This document shows, piece by piece, positions 36,324-46,151 of a DNA stretch of 64,000 nt (position 1 is its first letter; each line of letters starts with the position of its first letter). Made by a program: the position numbers and the translations under genes. The stretch is from Candidatus Aenigmatarchaeota archaeon (GTDB lineage Archaea > Aenigmatarchaeota > Aenigmatarchaeia > Aenigmatarchaeales > JACQIB01): the NCBI GenBank assembly GCA_043799675.1, contig JAZDNN010000025.1:1-64000 (forward strand), in the 5' to 3' direction. The notes under the pieces are model-generated. The model saw only the letters and a list, made by a program, of their open reading frames with translations, made no database searches and was not told the DNA's origin.

Positions 36324-37613
36324 ATGATGAAAAGCAAGGAATCATATTCGGGCTACACGGACCTGAAGTACAAGCCTGCCGCCTCTGACCTTGTCTGCGA
36401 GTTCAGGATTGAGCCGGCTGCCGGGGTGAAATTCCAGACGGTTGCTGAAGCCGTGGCATCCGAGAGCTCGGTCGGGACATGGACCGAGATAGCCACGGCA
36501 GGAAGGGCGGTGATGAAGAAGGCCGCCAGGGTTTATTCTCTCAATCCGCCGTGCGCGAAGATTGCCTATCCCATCGAGCTGTTCGAGCCGGGCAACATGC
36601 CCTGCATCTTGAGCAGCATAGCGGGAAATATTTTCGGGATGAAGGTGGCAGAGAACCTCAGGCTAGAATCCATCCACTGGCCGAAGAAGATGATGGATTC
36701 GTTCAAGGGGCCTTTATACGGTGTGCCCGGGGTCCGCAAGCTCCTGAAGGTTCCCAAGCGGCCGTTGTGCGGAACAATTATCAAACCCAAGCTCGGGTTG
36801 GGCTGGAAGGAGCATGCCAAGGTGGCTTACGATGCCTGGGTCGGCGGCCTCGATATTGTTAAGGATGATGAAAATTTGACCAGCCAGACCTTCAACAGGT
36901 TCGATGTGAGGGTGAAGGAGACCCTCAGGCTCAGGGACAAGGCCGAGCGTGAGACCGGTGAGCGCAAGATGTACATGGCCAACGTTTCAGCCGAGACCAA
37001 CGAGATGCTCAGGAGAGCAAGATTGATCAAGAAGCTCGGCGGCGAGTACATGATGGTCGACATCCTCACCGTGGGCTGGGCGGGCCTTCAGACCCTGAGG
37101 GATGCGAACGAGGACCTGAAGCTTGTGATTCACGCCCACCGCGCGGGCCACGCCGCTTTGACCAGGAACCCGAAGCACGGAATAAGCATGCTTGTTCTTG
37201 CGGACGTCTGCAGGTTGATAGGCATGGACCAGCTCCACATCGGGACTGCTGTGGGCAAGATGGAAGGGCCCGAGAGGGAGGTCATGCTCATAGGTGAGGA
37301 AATTGAGAACGGTCTGGTTAAGGACGGTTCACACCATTTGGCTGAGAATTGGGGCAGGATCAAGCCCGTGTTCGCCGTTTGTTCCGGAGGTTTGCATCCC
37401 GGTCACATCCCCGCTCTTGTACGCATGCTGGGGAAGGACATAATCGTTCAGGCTGGGGGAGGCGTCTGGGGGCACCCGTCAGGAGGACGTGCTGGTGCAA
37501 CTGCCATGCGTCAAGCTGTCGATGCTGTAGCAGAGAATGTTCCGCTGCAGGAGTACGCGAAGACCCACGAAGAGCTCAAGAAAGCGCTGGATTTATGGGG
37601 GCTTTTGCGCTGA
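36324..37613 (+). CDS. rbcL: RuBisCO, form III
   Basis: ESSVGTW, GTIIKPKLG, GLDIVKDDENL, HAHRAGH, HIGTAVGKMEG, SGGLHPG, QAGGGVWGHP. Confidence 0.95.
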   Translation: MMKSKESYSGYTDLKYKPAASDLVCEFRIEPAAGVKFQTVAEAVASESSVGTWTEIATAGRAVMKKAARVYSLNPPCAKIAYPIELFEPGNMPCILSSIAGNIFGMKVAENLRLESIHWPKKMMDSFKGPLYGVPGVRKLLKVPKRPLCGTIIKPKLGLGWKEHAKVAYDAWVGGLDIVKDDENLTSQTFNRFDVRVKETLRLRDKAERETGERKMYMANVSAETNEMLRRARLIKKLGGEYMMVDILTVGWAGLQTLRDANEDLKLVIHAHRAGHAALTRNPKHGISMLVLADVCRLIGMDQLHIGTAVGKMEGPEREVMLIGEEIENGLVKDGSHHLAENWGRIKPVFAVCSGGLHPGHIPALVRMLGKDIIVQAGGGVWGHPSGGRAGATAMRQAVDAVAENVPLQEYAKTHEELKKALDLWGLLR

Positions 37614-38681
37614 CCAGCGAATAGGATAGATTGAACGGTCAGCTATAATCAGGTTCCGATTCTCGAGTTCACGAAGATGAAGCCAAATCGTCTTGCGTTT
37701 CAGCATGAGAATTTCGCTCAGTTCTAGAGACGTTAGCGGGATTTGCAAATGTCTGATGATGTCTTTCTTAACTTGAGAGAGCCTAGTTCTCCTAACAGTT
37801 GATAATCCGCGGAGCAGCAAATGCGCACGCTCTACTTTATCCGGATGCTTCAAGTCAAAGCACGAAAGGAACTTTTGCACGTTATCTTTCCTGCGTATTT
37901 CTATCATGTGCGTATGCGGTCTGTAATGGTGCTTGATTTCACTATCAATTCGAAAATGCTTCAGCCAAACCATTATTTCTGACAGGAATTCAATGTTAGA
38001 ACTCTGGACGATGCTTACTCGATAGCCCAGTCGTGGAGTGTAGTATACATGACCCTCGGCATCAGTAAACCCGCTTATGAAACTTTTCACGAAGCTCGGT
38101 TTGTCGATTTGAGATGGTATTTTAAGCTTCATCTTTTTCTTACCTATTGGGATTTCCATAACCTTGGAAAAGAAAAGCGCCAGTAATTTTGAGTTGTAAC
38201 GCAGGCAATAACAATTGTAAATATTATCCTTGGAGAGTTTGAAATCGCTTAAATCAAAAAGTCTTTTTATAAGACTGGCAATATGGAGCAGGTGGTCTCT
38301 GGACGCATCGTAGAACTCTACTCGCAGAAGATCGCTTGCTATCGTACCATCTCCAATCAAATATCCAGTGACGTAGGCAAGTTCTGGTGTCATTCTGTCC
38401 GGAAGCACAAGAGCATTAGAGGATTTCGGAAGCGCATATCTGGCCTTATGTAAGGATACCCGTCGATGAAAAAAACATTCATAGTGTTTCCATAATTCTC
38501 CAGTGCAACGAATGGGTATGCCTTGTTGTTGCCAACTGTAGATGAAGTAACGATTCTGTTTCAGTTGATTTTCTAAATACTGGATGCCGACCTTCCGTAT
38601 AAGTCTGGTAACGTAATTGCCCAAGTTCCTGACGTAAATATTTTCGCCCGCTAAAACGTTTAGCGGTTCGATGGATACCAT
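37593..38681 (-). CDS. free-standing LAGLIDADG endonuclease-like protein with C-terminal wHTH
   Basis: LAYVTGYLIGDGT and FISGFTDAEGH; C-terminal LTSLELSEIL...LHLRELENRNLI; AT-rich. Confidence 0.85.
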   Translation of the reverse strand: MVSIEPLNVLAGENIYVRNLGNYVTRLIRKVGIQYLENQLKQNRYFIYSWQQQGIPIRCTGELWKHYECFFHRRVSLHKARYALPKSSNALVLPDRMTPELAYVTGYLIGDGTIASDLLRVEFYDASRDHLLHIASLIKRLFDLSDFKLSKDNIYNCYCLRYNSKLLALFFSKVMEIPIGKKKMKLKIPSQIDKPSFVKSFISGFTDAEGHVYYTPRLGYRVSIVQSSNIEFLSEIMVWLKHFRIDSEIKHHYRPHTHMIEIRRKDNVQKFLSCFDLKHPDKVERAHLLLRGLSTVRRTRLSQVKKDIIRHLQIPLTSLELSEILMLKRKTIWLHLRELENRNLIIADRSIYPIRWSAQKPP

Positions 38682-38788
38682 ATTTAACTTCACCTATTTG
38701 GATTATAAAAGAATTTGTATAGTTGAGCAGATAACTCCCGAAGCGCCATTTCAGTTAGCTTTATCAACTTTATCACGGAATGAGAAAG

Positions 38789-39178
38789 ATGCCAGACGAA
38801 CAGACCCCAAAGAAGAAGTTCAACCCGCTTGCTTACCTGAAGACTTGGAGACGGGTGGATTGGATTGCCCTCGCAGCGCTTGTTGTCCTGGTGATTGTTT
38901 TGGCGCTGCCCGATTACCTGCCCAAGAACGGTTGCGAGGTCGCAAGGGCAGCCTACAAGTGCCTGCCCGCAAAGACGGTGATGGTTGAGAACTGTGACCT
39001 GTGGGGCAATTTCTCCTGCGATTCCACGGCTGACACGAGCCTCCCGCAGGTCGAGTGGTACATCGGTAATCTTTGCACCATCCACAACAGGCTGCATCCT
39101 TCCGACATGTTGAACTGCAACAACATCCGAGCCGCCTGCAACCAGGCCGTTGGCAGCACGGTCTGCCCGCTTGTTTGA
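38789..39178 (+). CDS. Cys-rich membrane-anchored protein
   Basis: One TM followed by 8 Cys. Confidence 0.7.
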   Translation: MPDEQTPKKKFNPLAYLKTWRRVDWIALAALVVLVIVLALPDYLPKNGCEVARAAYKCLPAKTVMVENCDLWGNFSCDSTADTSLPQVEWYIGNLCTIHNRLHPSDMLNCNNIRAACNQAVGSTVCPLV

Positions 39179-39212
39179 TTAAGTATTTATCCTTTTCTGT
39201 GCTTTGCTTTGC

Positions 39213-39707
39213 ATGGTACTTGATTACTCTGATGGGGTGGTCGAACTGACTTCCGATTTTGTCCTGACATTGGAAGAGAATGAGCGGTTCAACGTCAAGG
39301 CGAGCAGGGCGACCGCCCATTACAGGAAAGTATTGGGCGATCTTGCCGACGAGTTCGTGGGCAGCGCAAGAAGGCCCAGCGGGTCTCAGTTCCTGTACAT
39401 ACTCATGAAAGAAAAAAACGAGAATGGTGCTCTTCATGCCCAGGCGCTTGCCGAACTGCTCCCGGGGACCCCCGATTACTGGACCGGTTATGCTGCCGTC
39501 AGCCCGTCAAGGCTGCTGGATGTGGTTGGAAGGGAAGTTGCCGTCGGTCTGAAATGTGATATCGTGGATGACGAGCAAATCGCAGGGTACGTTGAGGCGG
39601 CCGTGAGCGTCCTGCGTGAACGGATAATCGCGAAGAACCCCGAGATGGCCCGGGACATGAATCTTGTTCCGTCCAGGCCCGAAGTGCCTGCAGCGCCATC
39701 AGCCTAA
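39213..39707 (+). CDS. hypothetical protein
   Basis: ORF with host-like codon usage. Confidence 0.55.
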   Translation: MVLDYSDGVVELTSDFVLTLEENERFNVKASRATAHYRKVLGDLADEFVGSARRPSGSQFLYILMKEKNENGALHAQALAELLPGTPDYWTGYAAVSPSRLLDVVGREVAVGLKCDIVDDEQIAGYVEAAVSVLRERIIAKNPEMARDMNLVPSRPEVPAAPSA

Positions 39708-39850
39708 TCTTATAAGTGGGTTTTCCTATTGCATGAGCAGGCTGAGCCTGCCAGCATTGGCACATGCGACCTTTGGTCGCCAAGAGAATTCTTGGCTGCC
39801 ACGGGCAGCACATGCGACATGTTGGCGCTTCGCGCCTACCATGTGATGCC

Positions 39851-41398
39851 ATGAAAGTGACAGTCAAGCCCGCGGATTTCGAGGCAGGCGGGAAGGCCAT
39901 CGTGATGATGAACATCGAGGACGTGTCTTCCCTCGGCGTTCATGGCAATGAGCGCGTCAAGCTCACCAAGGACGGCAAGTGCATTATCGCGATAATTGAC
40001 GTCACCAAGAATTTTGCGAAGCCCGGCGAGATTGTAACCAACAGCCAGGTGAACTGCGCGTTCAAGCTGAGGAAAGGGGACCAGCTGGAAGTCAGCCCCG
40101 CTTACACTCCCGAGTCCGTCGCTTACATCAAGCAGAAGCTTGCCGGCGGCAGGCTCAGCGGGGACAAGCTCCTGGAAATAGTGAAGGACGTGGTGGCCAA
40201 TCGTCTGTCCGAGACGGAGGTGACCGCCTTTGTCACCGCTTTGGATTCGCACGGCATGACCATGGAAGAAACGGAAGCGTTGAGCAGGGCGATGATTGCC
40301 ACGGGAAAGAAGCTGCACATCCCCGGCAAGTGCATCGTCGACAAGCACAGTCTTGGCGGCATTCCGGGCGACAAGACCAGCCTGCTTGCGGTCCCGATAA
40401 TAGCCGCGGCGGGCCTGACCATCCCGAAGACGAGCTCAAGGGCCATTACAAGCCCTGCAGGCACGGCGGATCGCATGGAAGTGCTGGCTCCGGTCGAGTT
40501 CTCGGCCGATGACATAGTGAAGATCGTGAAGAAGACCGGCGGCTGCCTGGTCTGGGGCGGCGCTTTGGACCTGGCCCCCGCCGATGATGCTTTCATCAAG
40601 ATAGAATTCCCCCTCGGGATAGACCCGTTGCTGTTGCCTTCCATCATGAGCAAGAAGGCGGCGGTCGGTTCAAAATACCTTGTGGTCGACATCCCGACCG
40701 GAAGGGGTGCGAAAATGAAGACCATCGGAGCCTCACAGGAGCTTGCCGACCATTTCATCGAGCTCGGACGGCGGCTTGGAATCAAGGTGGTTGCCGGAAT
40801 AACCTACGGGGAACAGCCGTTGGGCCACGCGATGGGGCCCGCCCTCGAGGCAAGGGAGGCGTTGTCCACCATAATGGGTGGCGGCCCGACCGACCTGATT
40901 GACAAGGTCACGAGCATCGTCGGTCTTTTATTCGAGGAGGTCAGCGTCCGCGGCGGCAAGGAGACCGCCATGCATATTTTGAAGTCAGGCAAGGCGGAAA
41001 AGAAGCTGCGGGAAATCATTGATGCACAGGGCGGCGACCCGAAGGTGAAGCCCTCCGACATTGCGGTCGGGAAGAAGACCGTAACAATCGATGCGGAGAC
41101 GGACGGAAGGGTCCTGTGGATATCCAATGGCGACATCGGCCTGGTGGCAAGGGAGGCCGGCGCGCCTGCCGACAAGGGGGCAGGCGTATTGCTGCACGCA
41201 AAGATAGGCGATTCGGTCAAGAAGGGCCAGCCGCTGTTCACGATTTATTCCGAATATAACCAGAAGCTTGCGAATGCTTTGAAGTGCGCGAAGGAGTTCA
41301 AGCCCGTGTCCGTGTTCAAGTCCATCGACGAGCACATGCTCATGGCCCAGGTGCCCACGCACATCCCCCGCAGGCACCATTTCATCCTCGAACGATGA
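39851..41398 (+). CDS. AMP phosphorylase
   Basis: Extra N-terminal domain, DKHSLGGIPGDK, PKTSSRAITSPAGTAD, LDLAPADD, SKK, GPALEA. Confidence 0.93.
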   Translation: MKVTVKPADFEAGGKAIVMMNIEDVSSLGVHGNERVKLTKDGKCIIAIIDVTKNFAKPGEIVTNSQVNCAFKLRKGDQLEVSPAYTPESVAYIKQKLAGGRLSGDKLLEIVKDVVANRLSETEVTAFVTALDSHGMTMEETEALSRAMIATGKKLHIPGKCIVDKHSLGGIPGDKTSLLAVPIIAAAGLTIPKTSSRAITSPAGTADRMEVLAPVEFSADDIVKIVKKTGGCLVWGGALDLAPADDAFIKIEFPLGIDPLLLPSIMSKKAAVGSKYLVVDIPTGRGAKMKTIGASQELADHFIELGRRLGIKVVAGITYGEQPLGHAMGPALEAREALSTIMGGGPTDLIDKVTSIVGLLFEEVSVRGGKETAMHILKSGKAEKKLREIIDAQGGDPKVKPSDIAVGKKTVTIDAETDGRVLWISNGDIGLVAREAGAPADKGAGVLLHAKIGDSVKKGQPLFTIYSEYNQKLANALKCAKEFKPVSVFKSIDEHMLMAQVPTHIPRRHHFILER

Positions 41399-41434
41399 GC
41401 CGTATTTATTCTTTCTAGGCACAGATATCCGTAT

Positions 41435-41830
41435 ATGGATGTACAGGCCAGACGGAGACTTAAGACGCTATTGAAGGCTCTGAATGCAGATGTGTCAAAA
41501 GTTACCTACACCATCGATTTGGATAGGAATTTTCTCAGAGGGGAGGTCTATTATCATGGGGCGGGAGAGCTTGAGGTCAGGCCTGGTAACGAGTATGGTC
41601 AATCGAACATTGACAAGCTTCCCGGAAGCATGAAGACGAGGTTGACGGTTCTCAGCCTTGATTCTCAGAGAGGGCCTACTTATCACGTTCGTTTGAAGTT
41701 GGATATAATTAAAAATGAAATCTGGCCGGCGAACCCCGACAATCCGCAGGCATTGCCCGAATATGAGCGCGAACTGGAAGAGATGCGCGAGGTTGCCGAG
41801 CGGTTCGGATATAAGTGGATTAAAAATTGA
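41435..41830 (+). CDS. hypothetical protein (AT-richer insert)
   Basis: ORF only. Confidence 0.55.
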   Translation: MDVQARRRLKTLLKALNADVSKVTYTIDLDRNFLRGEVYYHGAGELEVRPGNEYGQSNIDKLPGSMKTRLTVLSLDSQRGPTYHVRLKLDIIKNEIWPANPDNPQALPEYERELEEMREVAERFGYKWIKN

Positions 41831-41885
41831 CTCCTTGACTGAAGCCGTGATGAAACCTTTTATGTGTGCGTCCAGCAATAGAGCC

Positions 41886-43151
41886 ATGGAAACGAAGAAA
41901 TCGAAGAAGATTCTGCTCGTGATTTTGGACGGTGCCGGCGAACCCTTAGGTCAACAGAAGACCAGCCTCGAGGCTGCGGACATGAGCCTGCTCAATTGGA
42001 TGGCCATGCGGGGACACACCGGCCTGCTTGATAATCAATTATTCGAGCGTGCTGACCTGGGCCCGGATTCGGGAACAAGCACCTGGGCCCTGCTCGGTTA
42101 TCCGAAAGAAGATTATCCCGGCCGCGGCTGGCTTGAGGCACTTGGAGCAGGCCTGCAGCCTAAAGATGGAGAGGTCTGCATGCGTGCCAACTTCGCGACC
42201 GTTGAAGAGGTTTCCGGTTCTGATTTGCAGATAGTTCCGATGAATCCGAAGACCGCGCCCCATCTCAGGCTCAAGGTGGTTGACAGGCGCGCGGGCAGGG
42301 AAACGCAGGGCCTGCACGAGCTCGCCGCTTCCATTGAGAAGATGAACATCAACGGCGTCTGGGTGCGCTTCCACCGCTCGCTTGCTCACAGGGGCGTGGC
42401 AACCATAAGCAATTCCGAGATTTCCGCCCAGGTCTCCGATTCCGACCCCGGGGCCGCAAGCAATGATGTTCTTGAGGTGAAGCCTCTTGCTAATGACGAC
42501 AGGTCCGTGAGGACAGCCTCCGCCCTGAACAAATGGAGCACCGATGTTTACACAGTCCTGAAAAACAATCCGGAGAACCGGCACCGGACCTTCCCCGCCA
42601 ATTACGTGCTGCTGAGGGGCGCTTCCGTCCCGAGGACGGTCAAGAGTTTCAAGGAGCTGAACGGGATGAAGGCCGCCTGCATTTCAGCGAGCCCGGTGGT
42701 GAAGGGAATTGCAAAGGCCACCGAGATGGACATGGTGACTATTACCGGAATCACCGGCGACCCGCGGACCAACCTGAGGGACAAGGCCCTGCAGGCGCTG
42801 GAGGCGCTGAAGTCGCATGACATTGTTGTGCTGCACATTCTGGGTGCCGATGTCGCTTCCCATGACCGCAACCGCAGGGAGAAGGCGGGCTTTCTGACCA
42901 AGGTCGACAAGGAGGTCTTTGGCAGGATAAGGGAATATTCCGATTTCAAGAAGCTGGTCGTGGCCGTTACCAGCGACCACTGCACCGACCCCTCGACAGG
43001 GATGCATGTGTCAGGCAGCTTCCCCTATATGATTTACACGGAAGGCATTCAGTCAACAAAGTCGACAGGCTTCAACGAACGTGCTGCATCTGCCACGGGA
43101 ATAAAGAACGACATCGGGGACCTGATGGAACTCATCCTGCAGTTCCGCTGA
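41886..43151 (+). CDS. apgM: cofactor-independent phosphoglycerate mutase, archaeal type
   Basis: ILDGAG, GRGWLEALG, RANFATV, DRRAGR, DSDP, DVASHD, TSDHCT. Confidence 0.88.
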   Translation: METKKSKKILLVILDGAGEPLGQQKTSLEAADMSLLNWMAMRGHTGLLDNQLFERADLGPDSGTSTWALLGYPKEDYPGRGWLEALGAGLQPKDGEVCMRANFATVEEVSGSDLQIVPMNPKTAPHLRLKVVDRRAGRETQGLHELAASIEKMNINGVWVRFHRSLAHRGVATISNSEISAQVSDSDPGAASNDVLEVKPLANDDRSVRTASALNKWSTDVYTVLKNNPENRHRTFPANYVLLRGASVPRTVKSFKELNGMKAACISASPVVKGIAKATEMDMVTITGITGDPRTNLRDKALQALEALKSHDIVVLHILGADVASHDRNRREKAGFLTKVDKEVFGRIREYSDFKKLVVAVTSDHCTDPSTGMHVSGSFPYMIYTEGIQSTKSTGFNERAASATGIKNDIGDLMELILQFR

Positions 43152-43159
43152 GCCCCGTC

Positions 43160-43762
43160 TCACCGTTTTCTGATGATTTCCAGCAGCTTCTCGGTTTCGG
43201 GTTCGAACCGCGAGCTCGGGGCGAACACTCTCATGCTCTTGCGGAAGCTCTTGTCCACGTACCGGCGCAGCCTCTTCGCGTCCTCCCTGTCCCTCTTTGA
43301 GCCGGTTATTTTGGACATGTATTGCGCGGAGGCGTTGAGCGCCAGGAACCTGACGTCATTCACTTCCGCGTCCACGCTGTGCAGGAATTCATTGGGGATG
43401 GGTGCGAACGGCGCATGGTACAGCGTCTCAAACACCGTATAGTCCTTGTCCTTGTAGCAGACCGGGTGCATCACTATCACGTTCGCCTCAAGGTCCCTTC
43501 CCACGGCCTTCATGTTCGGCACCCCTCCGTCGTCCTGCTCGCCGACCTCCGTGATCGTGAGGATTTCATTACAGTAATCCGTCAATGCTTTCTTCGTTTC
43601 CTTCACCGCGCTTTCCGGGACCATGATGTCCACGTTGCTGTGCTCCCTCGTGATCCTGTTCAGTATGCCGTCCACTCCCCAGCCTCCGGCCACCATGTAG
43701 TTGCCGAGCTCCCTGTCCACGTAGCCTATGAAATCGAGCTGGATGTCGGTCTTTGTTACCAT
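43160..43762 (-). CDS. LnuA/ANT(2'')-family nucleotidyltransferase-fold protein, possibly inactive
   Basis: GGWGVD...TREHSNVDI, and C-terminal AQ...K...RDREDAKRL. Confidence 0.7.
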   Translation of the reverse strand: MVTKTDIQLDFIGYVDRELGNYMVAGGWGVDGILNRITREHSNVDIMVPESAVKETKKALTDYCNEILTITEVGEQDDGGVPNMKAVGRDLEANVIVMHPVCYKDKDYTVFETLYHAPFAPIPNEFLHSVDAEVNDVRFLALNASAQYMSKITGSKRDREDAKRLRRYVDKSFRKSMRVFAPSSRFEPETEKLLEIIRKR

Positions 43763-43813
43763 GTCCAACACCTGCCGCCACAAACTTAAATCCTTGCAAA
43801 CTCCGCCCGGAAT

Positions 43814-44167
43814 TCAGGGTGTCAGCATCATGTCCAGCGGAGCGGCCTGGCAGACGCAGGACGGGATATCATATATACATGAAATCATGCAGGCCGAGGA
43901 CGGATAGTCCCTGCACCTTGTGCCGGCGTATATCTCCGTGTTCCCCCTGTCCGCTGCGGTGTCATTCCTGAGCAGCATGCCCCCGTCCTTGCAATAGGCG
44001 TTCATGTCCCCCAGTCCCCGCACGTCGTACGGTATCCTGGTGAACACTGCTGCGGCAAGGACGAGCAGCATGAAAACGAGCGCAACCAGCCTTTTGTATT
44101 TTCGCCTTTTTCTTTTCCTGGCAAGCAGGATTTCCTTGCCTATAGCTTTCAGTTTCTTCTTCGCCAC
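43814..44167 (-). CDS. small Cys-rich membrane-anchored protein
   Basis: Basic N-terminus, one TM, 6 Cys; start uncertain. Confidence 0.5.
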   Translation of the reverse strand: MAKKKLKAIGKEILLARKRKRRKYKRLVALVFMLLVLAAAVFTRIPYDVRGLGDMNAYCKDGGMLLRNDTAADRGNTEIYAGTRCRDYPSSACMISCIYDIPSCVCQAAPLDMMLTP

Positions 44168-44189
44168 GACAAGATGGGAGCGGATTTGC

Positions 44190-44786
44190 CTATAAAGCCT
44201 GCGCCCTGCTCTTTCCGGCCGGTTCCCAATAGAACACGCTGTAGCTGGTGTTGTTCTTTCTCCCGTTGATTTTTTCTTCCACGCTGGTCTCGAAAATCTT
44301 CCCCCTGACCAGTTTTTGGTCCTCAAGCTGCCTGAGTGCCTTCCTCTCTTCCTCTTCCAGCTCGTTGTCCAGCGCCCGGCCGTTGTTCCCGAACTTCCCG
44401 AGCAGCCCTGTCGGATAGAAGCCGAGGGCCGTCTTCACCGCCTCGTTGTCAAGTTCCGGTGCCGGCGACATTTTCCCGAGATATTCCAGCACCTTGGGCC
44501 TGGCATGCTCCCACTGCCTGTCGAATTTCTCCTGCCTGCTGACGGCAGGGCTCGGCGGTTTCGCCATGACAGGTTCCGGTCCGCCCATGTCGGACCAGAT
44601 GCTTCCCACGTATTCCACCATCGCTTCGGTGCCGTATTTTCTCCCGTCTATCGCCTCGATGTCCTTCACGGCCGTCTTGAAGTAGTTAAACAGGTCGTCC
44701 GCGTCCGGATTCGCCCCGAGATGCCTGAATCTTTCCAGCGTCGCCTTCATGACGGTTTCCGCATCCCTGCTGATTTCTATTTCCAT
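44190..44786 (-). CDS. hypothetical protein (possible C-terminal wHTH)
   Basis: ALRQLEDQKLVRG followed by a beta hairpin. Confidence 0.6.
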   Translation of the reverse strand: MEIEISRDAETVMKATLERFRHLGANPDADDLFNYFKTAVKDIEAIDGRKYGTEAMVEYVGSIWSDMGGPEPVMAKPPSPAVSRQEKFDRQWEHARPKVLEYLGKMSPAPELDNEAVKTALGFYPTGLLGKFGNNGRALDNELEEEERKALRQLEDQKLVRGKIFETSVEEKINGRKNNTSYSVFYWEPAGKSRAQAL

Positions 44787-44837
44787 ACGTGAGCCTTCGG
44801 TTCATTGGGATAAATCCTTTTCCTTCCTAGTTGGGGG

Positions 44838-45401
44838 ATGCACGAGGAATACGAGCTCCGCTTCCGCACCGGCAAGGACTTCGCGGAGGAGCTTGCCGCC
44901 CGCGGCTTCCGCAGGAAGGTCGGCATGAGGATGGCCGACCTGGTGTTCGAGCCGAAGGACTGGAAGCCCGGCGACATGATAGCCCCCGGCTACCGTGTGG
45001 TCAGGATAAGGCTCGCCCACCATCACCGGCCCCTGATAGAGCTGAAGGAGTTCCTGCACGGCAACACCTGGCGCGAGCTCAGCATCCGCACCGACGACCC
45101 GGCGGCTTTCGTCAGGCTCTTCAGCAACCTGATGGTGCCCAGGCGGATAATCGAGAAGCAGCGGGAGATCTGGACCAACGGTGTGCTCGAAATCAGCTTC
45201 GACGACGTGAAGCATCTTGGCCGCTTCATAGAGATCGAGGGCCCCCAGCTGTACGTTGACGAGCTTGCCCTGGAGCTGGGATTCAGGATGGACGACAAGG
45301 AAGCCAATTACGGCGCCCAGCTGTTCTACCTAGAAAAGACCGGCCTCATACCGTTCCATCCGGACGAGATGCATGCGGCCCTGATGGATTTCGGGTTCTG
45401 A
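44838..45401 (+). CDS. CYTH-domain (class IV adenylate cyclase-like) protein
   Basis: EYELRF, IEKQREIW, ISFDDVKHLGRFIEIE. Confidence 0.85.
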   Translation: MHEEYELRFRTGKDFAEELAARGFRRKVGMRMADLVFEPKDWKPGDMIAPGYRVVRIRLAHHHRPLIELKEFLHGNTWRELSIRTDDPAAFVRLFSNLMVPRRIIEKQREIWTNGVLEISFDDVKHLGRFIEIEGPQLYVDELALELGFRMDDKEANYGAQLFYLEKTGLIPFHPDEMHAALMDFGF

Positions 45402-45445
45402 ACGCCTCCGCGGCCGCTTAAATTTCTTTCCGTATACATGGTTCC

Positions 45446-45853
45446 ATGGCAAGAGAATGGGAGGGCCGGAAGCGGTTCAAGCTGGATTACTGCCCGCTGG
45501 AGCGCGGGTGCTTCAAGGCCGAGGATTATGCCTGGCTCAGGAACAGGGAGACCAGAAGGAGCCGCAGGAACGTGGTGTCCGACCACTCGCGGGAATACCA
45601 GATCATCGATTGCGGGTGCAAGGGCAGCATGCACATGACCGCCGGGGACGATGCCTCCGTGTGTTTCAGGCTGGACAAGGAGTATCTGAAGAGTACCGGC
45701 CGCAAGGGCTGCATCCTTGACGTCTTTACGAAGCGCGAGCGCCCCGGCGGGGATGAGAGTAAGGAAATGATATATGCCTTCCGCCCGGTCGCGGTGTACG
45801 ATGAGAAAAGCCGCGATTGGTCCGTGTATGCCGAAAACCTGAACAAGGAATGA
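45446..45853 (+). CDS. hypothetical protein
   Basis: ORF only. Confidence 0.55.
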   Translation: MAREWEGRKRFKLDYCPLERGCFKAEDYAWLRNRETRRSRRNVVSDHSREYQIIDCGCKGSMHMTAGDDASVCFRLDKEYLKSTGRKGCILDVFTKRERPGGDESKEMIYAFRPVAVYDEKSRDWSVYAENLNKE

Positions 45854-45854
45854 A

Positions 45855-46127
45855 TCACTTGCGCATCCGGTTGAACGAAGGCATCCTTGCATGCCTTCTG
45901 TCCTTCTCCCGCAGGACGATGCCGATGTATATCGGTTTTTTCCAGCCGTACCTGTCATGCACGCGGCATGCAAGTTTTTGCGTGTCGGTGTCGCTGTCCA
46001 GGACCTTTCCGTCCTCGAACGCAACATACTTGCCCTCGTAGCCCTGATTAATCATATCTTCGATGTGCCTGTCGAACATCTTGCCTTGCCGTTCTATGTA
46101 CCGGTGGTTCTGTCCGAACGTTCCCAT
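45855..46127 (-). CDS. DUF5678-like small protein
   Basis: YEGKYVAFEDGKVLDSDTD. Confidence 0.6.
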   Translation of the reverse strand: MGTFGQNHRYIERQGKMFDRHIEDMINQGYEGKYVAFEDGKVLDSDTDTQKLACRVHDRYGWKKPIYIGIVLREKDRRHARMPSFNRMRK

Positions 46128-46151
46128 GCGGAAGATAGGATGCGGGCGGAT

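Noticed and set aside
29414..37613. Inteins in the radical SAM, FEN1 or RuBisCO genes, given nearby LAGLIDADG genes
   Set aside because: The proteins are normal length with no intein splice motifs, and both LAGLIDADG ORFs are free-standing.
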